Origin: Octopus vulgaris
Lineage: Eukaryota
NCBI GenBank assembly: GCA_951406725.2
Contig: OX597822.1
Location: 24,428,001-24,492,000 of the forward strand
DNA length: 64,000 bases
Reading direction: 5' to 3'
Part shown: one piece after another, positions 37,150 to 50,596 of the stretch
How positions within the stretch are numbered: position 1 is the stretch's first letter
Layout: each line of letters opens with the position of its first letter
The notes under the pieces: generated by a model
Database searches by the model: none
Seen by the model: only the letters and a program-made list of their open reading frames with translations
What the model was told of the DNA's origin: nothing
Made by a program: the position numbers and the translations under genes

Positions 37150-37780
37150 TGTTGTGTGCGAGTGATTAAAGCGACGAAAGCGAAGAAACGTCTTCGAAGC
37201 AAAGAAAAATCGATACACACAGACTGCATCAACTAGAGTGTATGTATAATTATGTGAATAAGCCCGTATGTGTCTGTCTGTCTGTATGTATGTGTAAAAG
37301 GCGGGTATGAAACTGTTACAGCAAACGTACGTTTATCTGTCGGAATATCCGTTAGCAAGAAAGAAGCTTATGTGAATACGTAAATACGTATTTGTAAAAT
37401 AGACCAACATGCGAGTCTATTGTGTATAGAGAACAAGAGTGCACGAAGTATTGTTTTGTAGGAACGAGAGAAGAAATAACAAATTTGAAAAAATCACAAC
37501 TAAAGATTAATACACAATTGATCATGTGACATGAAGACTGCACTGTTTCTTTCTATGCTATCTGGCTGCTTATGTTTATGTATGTATATGTATGTAACTG
37601 CGTACCTGTACGTTACATGTGAGAAGTTAATACATACACATACGCGGGTGAGCAGACAGACGAAAGAAGGGCACTCAACACATTAATTGGGAGTTACATG
37701 AACAGATCAAACAGTTTGATTCAAATTCCTTTAGTACTTCAAGTTTCAGGCGTGATGCTAGTCTTCAGCCATTGGAATTA
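37150..37780 (-). promoter_or_regulatory. CpG-retaining, repeat-poor region; possible promoter or first exon of the minus-strand gene
   Basis: Visibly more CpG than the flanks, with a splice donor at 37606. Inference only. Confidence 0.3.
37724..37779 (-). ncRNA. type I hammerhead motif in PLE-like terminus
   Basis: aattcc-aa-tgg CTGAAGA ctagcatcacgcct GAAACTT g AAGTA| cta-aa-ggaatt. Helix I 3+6 bp, near-palindromic helix III, GUA triplet; helix II weak. Confidence 0.55.
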
Positions 37781-39084
37781 TCTATCTCTATCTCTGTCTC
37801 TCTCTCTCTCTATATATATATATACATATATATAATCTATTTGCTATGCTGGCACAGGCTGGAGAGTTCAACAGGAGCTGGTGAGCCAAAGGACTGCTGC
37901 ACCAAACTTCAAGGTCTGCTTTGACATGGTTTCTACGGTTAGACGCCCTTCCTAACGCCAACAACTTTACAGTGTACTCAGAGCGTTTTACATGGCACCA
38001 GCACTAGTGAGGTCACCACACACAGACACACATTTTATTTGTTTCACTCAATAGACTTTGGTCATGCTGTAGCACTGCCTTAAAGAGTTTAGTCCAGTGT
38101 TTCTCAACCATTTTTCACCTTTGGTTCTTGCAGTGTATAAAAATAATTATTAAAATGTTTTGTGTATTGTAGAAGCATAATTAATTTACTGCAGATATAT
38201 TTTAATAACAAAATCTTATATGGACCCCCTAAAAGTCATATGAGCCCTAGCTGAAAACTACAGTTGAAGGCAACCTAGATCCACTACGACCAACACACAC
38301 ACACACACAATTCAAAAGTCTATTTAGCATTAAATATAATAGAATGGTTAACCAAATTGGGCCAGTTGAGTTTTGTAAAGGACATCTCATCTCCATCTAT
38401 CACATCTCCCAACTCCTCATCACTCCACAACATTCATTAAACCTTCCCCATCTCCAGTCTCTGACCCTCTTTCCCCACTGCCATTGACTGCCAGGAGAGC
38501 CAGTTCCTCTGCTGCCTTGCCATTCATAGAGCCAGCATGCAAAGATGAGTGACATAGTGGTCAGAGTATTTGGCTCATAATCATAAGAGCATGGGTTCAA
38601 TTCCAGGAAGCATGTTATGTCCTTGAGCAAGACACTTTATTTCTCATTGCTCCAGTTCACTCAGCTGTTGAAAATGAGTTGTACCTGTATTTCAAAGGGT
38701 CAGTCATATTACATTGTGTGTCACACTGAAGGTGGTGAGCGGGCAAAAATGCTTAACGGTATTTCATCTGTCTTTATGTTCTGAGTTCAAATTCTGTTGA
38801 GATCAACTTTGCTTTTTATCCTTTCGGGGTCGATAAATTAAGTACCAGTTGCGTACTGGAGTTGATCTAATTGACTGTCTCCCCTCCCCCAAAGTTTCAG
38901 GCCTTGTGCCTAAAGTAGAAAAGATTCTATGTCACACTGAATCTCTCTGAAAACTATGTAATGGGTATACATGTCTGTGGAGTGCTCAACCATTTTAATT
39001 TTGATGAGCAGGCCATACTGTTGATTGAATCAACAGGAACCCTTATCATAACCAATGTAGTGCTAGTCAATAGTACCAGCTACC

Positions 39085-40020
39085 CAATCCACCCATACAA
39101 TTGAACAGGATTACTAATATTGTCATTTTTATGAAACATATGAAACAAATCATAATTTTGGGAGGCAAAAACCCAGAATTCACCTTCTTTCTCAATTACA
39201 CCAACCTTAAGTCTGTTGGTGAATGTGACCAAGGCATTGTTATCAACAATGATCTCTGTTGGATGAACCACATTTGTCAACAAGGTTAAAGTGTCTAAGC
39301 ATAACTCAGTAAGACCTTTGTCAGCCACTCACCTCTATCTCTTTAACTCTTCAGCATTTAACTCTTTCGTTACCAACCTGGCTGAAACTGGCTCTGGCTC
39401 TGAGTACAAATGTCTTGTTTTCATAAGTTTTGAATTAAAATCTTCCACTAAACCTTAGTTACAATTTATGTTCTTAACACTAGCTGAATGATAACTAAGT
39501 TATTTTACTAAATTCTTTGTTATATTCAAAGTAATTGAAAGAAACACAGAGCATCTCAAAATAAATACAATAACGAAAGGGTTAAACTGGCCACAGCCAG
39601 TTACATTTGACAGAATAATTTGCATGCTAAAGTGTTAAAGATATATATATTGCTATGGTGTGTCTACACTTACAGTTTGCATCTCCAGTTTGGAATCCCT
39701 ATCTTGTCAAGAATATTGATCTGATGGAATTTGTCCAGAGACATGCAACCAGAGTAATGCTTTCTGTCAATCACCATATCTTGAATGTATTGCTTGTTTG
39801 GATATTGACTCACTAAAGTTTTAACATGTAGCATCTAATTTGATAGACACCCACAAGATTATCCACCAGCTTCCCAACAACTTTGGAGCTACCTTTTGAA
39901 TTCAATATCTCTACAACTTATGAATATGCTTTTAAAAACAAACCAACAACAACTCAGCACCCATAACTTTCAGAAATACGTTTTTACACCTGTTTCTGTC
40001 TCAGCTTTCATCAACTGATA
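39085..40020 (+). mobile_element. CR1-like LINE ORF2 C-terminal fragment, interrupted by MITEs
   Basis: LGGKNPEFTFFLN...DQGIVINNDLCW.NHI ... MVCLHLQFASPVWNPYLVKNIDLMEFVQRHATR ... LIDTHKII, matching the pattern VRPHLEYASPVWSPY..DI..LE.VQRRAT. Confidence 0.75.
39347..39634. mobile_element. nested piggyBac-like MITEs (inner element 39362-39581)
   Basis: TTAA flanks on both elements. Inner TIR CTCTTTCGTTA/TAACGAAAGGG; outer CTCTTCAGCAT/ATGCTAAAGTG. Confidence 0.65.
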
Positions 40021-41030
40021 CAAGATCACGTCCACCAATGCCTCCTCTCCTCTCAAAGTGCTGGTGCCATCCAAAAAGCATCCAGTCCACACAGTAAAGT
40101 GGTTGGAATTTGGAAGGGCATCCAGCTGTAAAAACCTGTGTCAAAACTGACCTTGTCTCTGCTTACGCCGTGTAAAAAACACTCAGTCTACATTGCTAGG
40201 TGGTTGGTGTTAGGAAGGGCACCCAAGCGTAAAAATCCAACCAAAACAGAGACAGAAGTCTGGTGCAGGTTCCTGCCTGGCCAAGCTCCTGTCAAACTGT
40301 CCAACCCATGCCAGCATGGAAGGCAGACATTAAATGATGATAATGATGATGAATTGTGGAAACATGGAAGAAAAAGCTGTGTGTGTATGTATGAGAAAAG
40401 GCTGTATCTTTTTGAATTATGGATACAAACCATTCAGTAGGCTTCCATACAGTTTCCATCTACCCTAATTTCTCTTATAATGAATGGGTCAACCTGAGGC
40501 TTATAGAGAAAGGTGTTTGCCCAATATGCCGTGGGGTGGGATTGAGCTGCAACACCTTGTGGCTGAGAGGTGAAGTTCTTAACCATTTGGCCATGTTGTT
40601 ATTAGTTATCAAAAATGTCACACTTCATGAAATCTGCCAACACCACTCCTGATGTGTCTAGGCACTCTTTTCTCTTTATGTCTCTTTTACTGCTTAGTTG
40701 TATTTTATTTTGTGTATTGAGCACATACTTCTCGCTTTCATTGCTGACTTCCTTTAATTGTCTTATGTCAAAAGGATGTGTTACAACACTATTACACATA
40801 TACAAAAACAGCGATATCAACAATCCAACAAACCCCCATCATCAGCTGCCCCATGGATATCATTATGGTTTCAACACCTGGGCAGTACCACTCAATCCAG
40901 CAGTGTCAACAGCACTAAAAGAAGTGCTGTTTGGGAACAAAACACACAACTTTCAAACACATTTACCCCATGCACAACAGTAACGAGAAACAGAAATCTA
41001 TGTACATCTGTATCAGTATTCATAGTAAAC

Positions 41031-41334
41031 TTGTTTGTTCGTTCTCGAGCCATGCCTGGCTCATCAGAGCTGGTTTCCTGGTTTCCTTGGCATATAGGAT
41101 TCCCCACCTGGACAGGACGCCAGTCCATCGCAGGTGAGCTGCAAGATGCAGGAGGAAAGAGTGAGAGAAAGTTGTGGCGAAAGAGTCAGCAGAAGTTCAC
41201 CATTACCTTCTGCCAGAGCCGCGTGGAGCTTAGGTGTTTCACTCATAAACACACATATCACCCGGTTGAGATTCGAACCCGCGATCTCTCAACCAAGAGT
41301 CTGCTGCTCTAACCACTAGGCCATGTGCCTCCAC
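41031..41334 (-). mobile_element. tRNA-derived SINE family E (tail type 1)
   Basis: Head GTGGAGGCACATGGCCTAGTGGTTAGAGC...GGGTTCGAATC. 10-bp TSD CATAGTAAAC. Confidence 0.85.
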
Positions 41335-42613
41335 CATAGTAAACCTACAATAACTAAATTATATTTTTGCTTTCTATCTTTTTTAACCTTTACTTATGAG
41401 CTGTAGTGCACCTGATCCCTGTATTTAATAACTTTATTATCATCATTAAGGCAGAAAACTGGAAGAATCGTTAGCATCCTGGGCAAATTGCTTAGCAGCA
41501 TTTCATCTGAGTTAAAATTCTGCCCAGGTCAGTTTTGCCTTTGATCCTTTTGGGATAAATAAATTAAGTACCAGTGAAACACTGGGGTCGATGTAATTGA
41601 CTTCTCCCCTCACACCAAATTTCAGGCCTTGTACCTTTAGAAGAAATCATTATTATTGACTTACTCCTCCCCACAAATTTCAGGCCTTGTGCCTCGAGTA
41701 GAAAGGATTATTATCATGATAATGACAAGTTTACCAATGTTTGGAATATAACATTCCTGAGTTTGTTGCATTGCAGGTAAACGCTATAAAGAAAGAGATA
41801 AATAGCCAATCTATCTCATCAGATTACAAGCCATCACAATATCCAATATCTCAAAGTGAAATAGTAATTATTACAGAATCAGACTTATCAAATGCCGACT
41901 CGATTCCAGATCCCAATAATCCCTTTCCAACAATGTTTCTTTCTTCATTCATTCTACGATACAACTGTTTATCAAGAGAATGACACTTTAATTAGCAGCA
42001 GTCTTAATGAGATTATTCCACAGAATCTTGCTATGCTTATCACTCTTATTGATAAACTTTATCATTCAAAGAGAATTATCAAGCCACCTATGGCTTTATT
42101 ATATGGAACTGAATAAACATAAAATCTAATTTCAGATTGGCATTATGGTATCAATGCTAATTTTTTGCTAATTCTACATAGTTTATTGTTTTTTTTTCTT
42201 AGAGGAGGGTAAATGTTGGATACTAAACTTCCCTCACATAATCTATTGATTGTTTACTGTTTTTCTCCTTTACCTAAAACAAGATATTATACTGTAATTT
42301 CATGCATTGATTAATATGAAGTCTTGTTTTGTACATTAGTTACTTCAAATGGCATTATATGAAATTCAATCTGAAACAGCAAAATCATGAAACCCTTTCT
42401 CACAATTGTGTATCTGAAACTTTTCAGTCTTCAGTTATACTCTTTTACTTGTTTCAGTCATTTTGACTGCAGCCATACTGGAGCACCACCTCTAGTCAAA
42501 CAAATCAGCCCCATGACTTACTCTTACCACTAAGTTACAGGGATGCAAACACACCAACATCGGTTGTCAAGCAATGGTGGAGGGACAAACACAGACACAC
42601 AAATACATGTATG

Positions 42614-42656
<43 letters not shown>

Positions 42657-43064
42657 GGCTTCTTTCAGTTTGTCTACCAAATCCACTCACAAGGCTTTGG
42701 TCAGCCCGAGGCTATAAGAGACACTTACCCAAGGTGCCATGCAGTGGTTAAAATTCTAACATTTCTTAAAACCCTTTATCTGTGGAGCTTGTATATAAGA
42801 GTGTATGTGTGAGAGAGAGAGAGAAAGAGGGGAAGGGGAAGTGAAAGAGGGAGAGAGATTCAGACAGTCTTTCAGGTTTTGAATAAAATATGATTGATTG
42901 ATTGATTGATTCTAGTTTCAGCTTATGAGCTGTGGCCATGCTGGGGCACCGCCATTATAAAATTTTTGCTTTTTATATTTTATTACAGTTTTGTTTTTAT
43001 TAATTTTTATGCTTTGAATATCTCTTAATATATGACATGGATGTGTGGTCAAGAAGTCTGCTTC

Positions 43065-44005
43065 CTCGCTGTACGTGGCCAAGCATTATCCTGATGGTAA
43101 AATACCTTTCAACTTGAAACCAAAGATGATCGTTTTTCTTCTAGTGTTAACTTAAGCCACTCAAGCTACTCGCAGTAGATCTCCTTTGTTATTGCTTGGT
43201 TTGGGTTTAAAAGTTCTAAGTGGACTAAACCTTTCATATCCCATCAAACATAACAACACCTTATGTAGGTGAAGACCTTCTTTAGCCTGGGGTGCCGGTG
43301 TTTCTTCTTTCCCTACTCAGTGTCTTTGGCACTTGACATTTTTACAGAGAGCCCATTTCTTGTCACCAGTCACTATTCGGTCCAAAAAAAGGTTCGTTCA
43401 TGAGACGTGACAGCAAAGAAGAACAGAAGAACACATATTCATTCTCTGCACGTGATTAGACTTGGAAGGTTTGTGAGGAACCCATTGATCCCATTTGCTG
43501 ACTTTTCCAATGGCATGCAGGTGTTGATGAATGGTTGAATGACCAAATTCAACCTTCTCTACTAGTTCCTCAACACTTACGATGGAATTTTGTTCCACTG
43601 GGGTTTGTAAGATGTCCTTATCAAACTCTACAGATCTTCCAAGGCAGGGCTTGTCTTCTAGGCTGTAGTTTCTAGCTTGGAATTTCTGGAACCACCATTG
43701 ACACTGGCTTATGCTTACTGTCCAATCCCCATATACTGCATTAATATTCCTCACACATTACATTGCGTTGTTGCCTTTATTGAACTTATAAAACAAAATA
43801 TGCCAAATATGTTCCTTTGTCACTTCCATTATAGCTTTGAAAAAATAACTTAAAATTGAACTGCACTCTTCAAAACCTGCACTAAGAATAAGGATAAAGT
43901 AAAATTACTACCTGCTTTTATAGCAAGTTGATGCAGGTAGTTTATCCCACCCCCTCCAACTTTTAGTTCATGCAGTTGAAATAACCACATTATGGTATGA
44001 CCCAA
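43065..44005 (-). mobile_element. mariner transposon, 3'-truncated, transposase pseudogene (ATG at 43829)
   Basis: TA plus TIR TTGGGTCATACCATAA. MEVTKEHIWHILFY...WVPHK...DRIVTGDKKW...YHQDNAWPR. Confidence 0.88.
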
Positions 44006-44423
44006 TAGTCTAATTTGTTGTAGAAAACTTATTTGTTTTACGTCCGTTTTCCATGCTAGCATAGGTTATGTAAAAGTTTTCAATACCTGCATTACTAGGA
44101 AAAGTACAGTTTGTTGCATGTATAAATGTGGTTATTTGAATTACAATTTAGTACTTGTGTATGCAGCCAAACTTTCAACATACTAACGCATATTGTTGCA
44201 GAGAAAAAGCTGTTGAGAAAGTATGGGCTTAGGATCTCAGTAGCAAACATGCACATAGGCGTAGGAGTGGCTATGTGGTTCAGTCCCACTGCGTAACACC
44301 TTGGACAAGTGTCTTCTACTATAGCTTCAGGCTGACCAAAGCCTTGTGAGTGGATTTGGTAGACGGAAACTGAAAGAAGCCTGTCGTATATATGTGTGTG
44401 TATATATATATATATATATATAC

Positions 44424-45160
44424 ACAAGATAAGAAAATGGAGAAATACATCTAAATCAAATATCAATTACCAGGTAATACTCAATCACATACTTTATTAA
44501 ACCACCACATAAGAGACTGTAGGGTTAAATATAAAAAGCAGGACAAATCAGTGTACATAAAGGAATGTACATAAAAAAGTGTACATAAAAGAGTAATGTT
44601 GTATAATATGTAGAATATATATAAAAGAGAATATAAATATAAGTAAATATAAATATAAGTATAGATTACATCTTACAGCTGTTTCGGCCATGTAGATAAG
44701 TATGTTTCATTTTACCAATATTAGCCCTTTATGGTTGGTCAATATATAGATATAAATGAGACATTTACAAAAATATCATAAGGCTTCTTCGGAGATTATG
44801 TAATATAAATCAGTCTACATATATACCCATATGGGTGTGGGTGCATACCCATAATACAACATATACATATACATATGAGTGCATATACTCACACTCTTAT
44901 ACATATAAAAATATACATATACATAATGATATAAATAAATAATATAAATTAGTAAACATATATATGTGTTCCACATTCAATGTCTCAGTTTTTCGACTTA
45001 ATATTGTGATAATAAACATACACAAATTAGTACCTAGATGCAAATATACATAGTCAACAGTACATTATATTACTTCATAATAATTTCTAAAGTGTCATTA
45101 AAGTTAGCATCATTATCGTTGTCAATACCATTAATGTTACTATTATTATCATTCATAATA
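44424..45160 (-). mobile_element. PLE-like element (copy of 13483-14210) with HHR at 44665-44804, nested in a SINE B microsatellite
   Basis: atct CCGAAGA agcc...ggcc GAAACAGCTGTA agat. SINE B head at 44257-44400 and tail at 45180-45405 flank it. Confidence 0.75.
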
Positions 45161-45196
<36 letters not shown>

Positions 45197-46171
45197 TGTG
45201 TGTCTGTGTTTGTCCCCCCAACGTTGCTTGACAACTGATGCTGGTGTGTTTACGTCCCCGTAACTTAGCGGTTCGGCAAAATAGACTGATAGAATAAGTA
45301 CTAGGCTTACAAAGAATAAGTCATGGGGTCGATTTGCTCGACTGAAGGCGGTGCTCCAGCATGGCCACAGTCAAATGACTGAAACAAGTAAAAGAGAGTA
45401 AAGAGTATATGGAGATTATAGACGGCCTAAAGCAAATACTGTATTGCTTAATAAAATCTCAAATGACCCATTTACCTACCTATAAATAGAGACAAAAAGT
45501 ACCTATTTATTGTGAGTAAGCAGTGTCTGTAATGTAAATAGTAAGTAAACTAATCGAAAAGTGATTTGTAAGTAAATAGTGTTGACCTCAAACTTTCCTT
45601 GTTGGTATAGCTTTGAGAGAAAAAGGCCCCGTGAAGCTAATTAACTGTGGCATTGGGATTCAGTATTTAATGAGATCATTGCCAAAAATATGGCATGATG
45701 CAGTTCAATAACCCAGATGTCACACCACAGGTTTGTAGGCAGCGAGCAATGGATATTGACAAAAAAGGCTTCTCTATAATCATTTACCTAAAACTAAAAC
45801 ACATGCATACAATATCAAGTGTGTGCCAGAGGAGCACTATCTAATGAGAATACCCAATAGGCAAAAGCGTGACTATGTGGTAAGAAGCTTGCTTCCCAAC
45901 CACATGGTTCTGGGTTCAGTCTCACCGTGGCATCCTGGGCAAGTATCATCTACTGTAGCCTTGGGCTGACCAAAGCCTTGTGAATGAATTTGGTAGACAG
46001 AAACTAAAAGAAGCCCATATATATATATATATCTAAAAAATTATGGGTTAAAGGTTATGCAACCATCTAAGGGATAACTGTATCCATAGACACTATTGGT
46101 GTATTACCTCACTATGTATAAGGTTAACTGCAGTTGGTAATTTAAATGTCAAAACAATGGTTTAATATATT

Positions 46172-46422
46172 CAGATAAGAAAAGAAATAGAGCAACTATT
46201 AACAATTAGAAGTTGATCATAGGTATTAAAAGGTCATAGTTTAATTGTAGTTCAAGAACATTTACAGCTGTTTCAGTTTGTTATTTCGAAGTAAATTTGC
46301 ATTAATCTTGTTCCATTTAACAAACATCATCGGAACAATTTAGAGTTTATCGGAGAAATATAGAAAGGATACCAATGATAAAATTCTAATTGTTAATTGT
46401 TGGTCCATTTCTTTTCTTATCT
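46172..46422 (-). mobile_element. PLE-like terminus with partial inverted arm and HHR motif (46259-46337)
   Basis: tgtt CCGATGA tgtttgtta...taacaaact GAAACAGCTGTA| aatg. Segment 46172-46227 is inverted at 46368-46422. Nested in a SINE B centre. Confidence 0.65.
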
Positions 46423-48243
46423 ATCTATCTATCTAACTATATATATATATATATATATATGCGTAATATCTTTGTGTCTGTGTTTATCCTCCCATCACCA
46501 GTGGACAACTGGTTTTGGTGTTTTTACATCCCTGTAACTTAGTGGTTTGGCAAAAGAGACCGATAAAATAAGTCCTGGAGTCAATTTGTTTGACTAAAAC
46601 TTTTCAAGGTGGTGCTCCAACATGGCCACAGTCAAATGACTGAAACAAGTAAAATAATAAAAGAATCTATGTATCATACTGAATGTGTGTGTGTATATAT
46701 ATGTATATATATACACATATACACACACACACACATATCGGAGGGATGACCACTATGTGGACAAGCCTTATGCTAGAAGTAGATCCGCTATGGTCTTACC
46801 ACTAAGAAATGCTCTCAAGAAAATTTAACAAACACCTGAACGTAAGTGAGCAGGCAAGTTACAATGGTTTTTGTCCGAGATGAAATCTCTTTTAGAGGTG
46901 TTGTGTTTTAAAAACACATACATAATTAGATGTGTATATGTAAATGGCATAACAGGATTATTACAGAAATTAGAACTCCAACATGCCAGGCTGAAAAGGT
47001 TTGTCATCAGTGAAGTGGGATACAGTCAATCAAATATAGAACTTGCTTGCTTATTTTATCAAACCAAGAAGAAGAAAATTTAATATTGTTTCTAGAAGTC
47101 TTTGATCTTAGAACAAAGAAATAAATGCAAATACTGTTGTGGTTTCTGCTGCTTCTAATATTGATTTAAAAAAAAAAAAATTGTCACAAGGTTTCAGATG
47201 AGGGAGTGTACAGTCAACAAACCAACCCCTACTGATAACTGAGATTTGTGTTACCAAGTACTGAAGGATGGAATGTAAAATCAACTCTACTGGTGTGATT
47301 TGAACTCAGAACATAAAGAAATGTAACAAAACATTGCAAGACAATTTAGTCCAACACTATGACTTGTGTGACTTAGTGCTTTCAAATATTGATTTTTAAT
47401 GCGAACACAAGACTGCAAATTGAAAATTGGGGATAATATAGCATTTATTACCAATCACAGAATGGCATTTTATTACTTTATTTTATCGATTTCAGAAAGA
47501 TGAAAGCCAAAGCTGACCTTGGAGGGATTCCAAGTCAGAACACAGAGAGATGTAACTCAATATCACAAGGCATTTTTAGTCCAAGATCCCATTTCTGATA
47601 GTTCTCCATCTTCAGTAATTTCAAATACTCATAATGGATCAATGAACTTTAAACAATATGTTGTAAAAAAATTCATGAATATTGAAATGTAGGACAATCT
47701 GTATCTCAAGAATACATGCTTAGGAAATTCATGATGATGAATTTTCAAAGTGCAAATTAATTAGATGTAGATGGAGAAGATATGATAAATATTGGTAAAT
47801 AGATTAGAGATTAGCACATAGATTTATATCAGTGCTGACCCAACACATTTTCACTGAGTTAAAACATTAGTTTTAAACCTTTCGATACTGATCTGGCCAA
47901 GACTGATCCTGGTTCTAAGGCACAAGCTTCCTGGACTCTCAAAGAGATTTAAATTAAAATATCCCCTAACAGTTTTCATGTTAATTCATTCCAATCAGTT
48001 ATTTAACTATATTCTTTATTTTCAAAATTCATTTAATTAAGGAGAACGTATTTCAGTAGAGATATAGTAATAAATTGGATATATTCAATGCATGAACTTT
48101 AAAAAGCTATTTAATAGGTGTAGGGTTGGTTGTGTGTTAAGTGATTCACTTCCCAATCACATGGTTCTGGGTTCAGTCCCATAGCTCAGCACCTTGGGCT
48201 GACCAAGCCTTGTGAGTGAATTTGGTAGACAGAAACTAAAAGA

Positions 48244-48282
<39 letters not shown>

Positions 48283-48285
<3 letters not shown>

Positions 48286-48593
48286 ACGTGATCACCCTGA
48301 CTGACCAGGCTATTAGATGTTGCTACATATCACTGGTCACAATGCGCTTCGCACTGTTTTAGCCTCCAAATGATGCCACCCCGCTGGCTAAGCGAGCAGG
48401 CCAACAGAAGAAAGAGTGAGAGAAAGTTATGGCGAAAGAGTACAGCAGGGATCGCCACCACCCCTGCCGGAGCCTCGTGGAGCTTTAGGTGTTTTTGCTC
48501 AATAAACACTCACAACGCCCAGTCTGGGAGTCGAAACCGCGATCCTACAACCATGAGTCCGCTGCCCTAACCACTGGGCCATTGTACCTCCAC
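48283..48593 (-). mobile_element. SINE family E (tail type 2)
   Basis: Same head and body as 41031-41334 but an unrelated 3' tail. Confidence 0.8.
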
Positions 48594-48631
<38 letters not shown>

Positions 48632-50360
48632 TTGCCATGACATTGCTTACTAGTTGTAAATGAGTATCTGTCCCTCATTTCCAATATTCAGTAAGAACAT
48701 GTCTGGTCGTGGAGAAATATTACCTGGCTTGGAAACTGGTGAGGATTGATGACAGGAATTTCATCTGGCCATAAAAATCTGCTTTAATAAACTCCATCTG
48801 AGCCATGCAAGCATGGAAAAAGGGATGGTAAAATTATGAGGATGAATTAAGTACTGTATATACACTCTTAAATAAATCACAGTGAAGATGGAGAAGGAGC
48901 AGAAATACTAGCCTTGGCCCAAAATACCTTTCATTGCATTGCATTCTGAGTTCAATTCCTGATACTGTCATCTTTGGATTTCATCCTTCCAAGATCAATA
49001 AAATAAAGAAACAAAATACCAGTAAATAGTGGAACTGACATAATTGAGAATATTCTCCACCACCACCCACAAAAAAGACAAAACTGTGGTCTCATGTTAA
49101 TGTTACAAGTCAATATTTTAAGGTGCTGAATCAAAGAGATATTACTATAAACACTGAATTACTATAGACACTCAAAGAGGCCATATGATTTTTTTTTTAA
49201 TTCTAAAAACAGATGTGTAAAACTTCTTTTTTTTAAATTCTTTTATTCGTTCCAGTCATTTGACTATGGCCATGCTGGAGCACCGCCTTTAGTCAAGCAA
49301 ATCCACCCCACGACTTATTCTTTGTAAACCTAGTACTTATTCTATCGATCTCTTTTGTTAGACTGCTAAGTTATGGGGATGTAAACACACCAGCATCGGT
49401 TGCCAAGCGACGTTGGGGCAACAAACACAGTCACACAAACATATATATACACGCACACACACACACTCACACACACATACATATATATATACTCTTTTAC
49501 TTGTTTCAGTCATTTGACTGCGGCCATGCTGGAGCACCGCCTTTAGTCGAGGAAATCGACCCCCAGGACTTATTCTTTGTACGCCTAGTACTTATTCTAT
49601 CGGTCACTTTTGCCGAACCGCTAAGTTACGGGGACTTAAACACACCAGCATTAGCTGTCAAGCTATGTTGGGGGGACAAACACAGACACACAAACACACA
49701 CACATATATATACATATATACGACGGGCTTCTTTCAGTTTCCGTCTACCAAATCCACTCACAAAGCTTTGGTTGGCCCGAGGCTATAGAAGACACTTGCC
49801 CAAAGTGCCACGCTGTGGGACTGAAACCGGAACCATGTGGTCAGTAAGCAAGCTACTTACCACACAGCCACTCCTGTGCCGACTTCTCTAACTAACGTTG
49901 CTCTGGATTTGAGATTCACAGTATGTACTAGCACACAACTTTGCTGTAGCTGGTCCTCAGCCTGGTTGTGAATAAAGGATTATGGCACTGGCTCGGGAAC
50001 AAAATTTGCTTAGGGGGTGCAAACCCAAACCCCAAAACTTTTACAAATAAGGTCATGCTTTATTTATTTATGTTCTTTGTGAAGAAACATAATTCAAGCT
50101 ACTTCTTACAGATCACGTTTTACTTACCGTTTCCTAAACTTAGAAAAGTAAGGGTGCAAATTTTGATTTTGCACTCCACAAAAATTTTAAGAGGGTGTGC
50201 TTACACCCCAGTTCCCAGGCCCATGGATGGTGGTAGATATAGGATTAGCAGCCCTGCACTACCACCTTTTTGCATTGCTATTGAAACACAAACAGGAGAA
50301 CATATGAAACAGGTTCTTGTCAAAGAAGTAATCTTAAGAGACTGCATATGAAGCAATATA

Positions 50361-50596
50361 TATTTCTTTACTACCCACAAGGGGCTAAACACAGAGGGGA
50401 CAAACAAGGACAGACAAATGGATTAAGTCGATTACATCGACCCCAGTGCATAACTGGTACTTTATTTATCGACACCGAAAGGATGAAAGGCAAAGTCGAC
50501 CTCGGTGGAATTTGAACTCAGAACGTAAGAGCAGATGAAATACAGCTACGCATTTCACCCGGCGTGCTAACATTTCTGCCAGCTCGCCACCTTCAC
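50361..50596 (-). mobile_element. SINE family A with 16-bp TSD
   Basis: TSD CATATGAAGCAATATA at 50345-50360 and 50597-50612. Confidence 0.9.

Noticed and set aside
41055-41092. CTGATGA plus hairpin in the SINE E tail (minus strand)
   Set aside because: Followed by TCGAGAAC, with no GAAA, NUH or helix I; an ordinary 3' stem-loop.
41741-42116. Two overlapping plus-strand ORFs in unique sequence, possibly a terminal exon
   Set aside because: Needs a frameshift, TTGCAG|GTAAAC could be a donor or an acceptor, and there is no recognisable domain or partner exon.
45365-45392. SINE B tail AGTC-AAAT-GACT-GAAAC-AA-GTA resembling the 3' half of a hammerhead
   Set aside because: No CUGANGA-like strand or helix I in any copy. 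More simply the terminal stem-loop recognised by a LINE RT, although the likeness to 14781-14803 is curious.
46800-46835. 36-nt minus-strand exon candidate
   Set aside because: Stops in all three frames and no independent support.
47578-47622. CTGAAGA...GAAAT-GGG-ATC hammerhead look-alike (minus strand)
   Set aside because: Helix I has only 1 bp, and the segment aligns with a decayed SINE A head.
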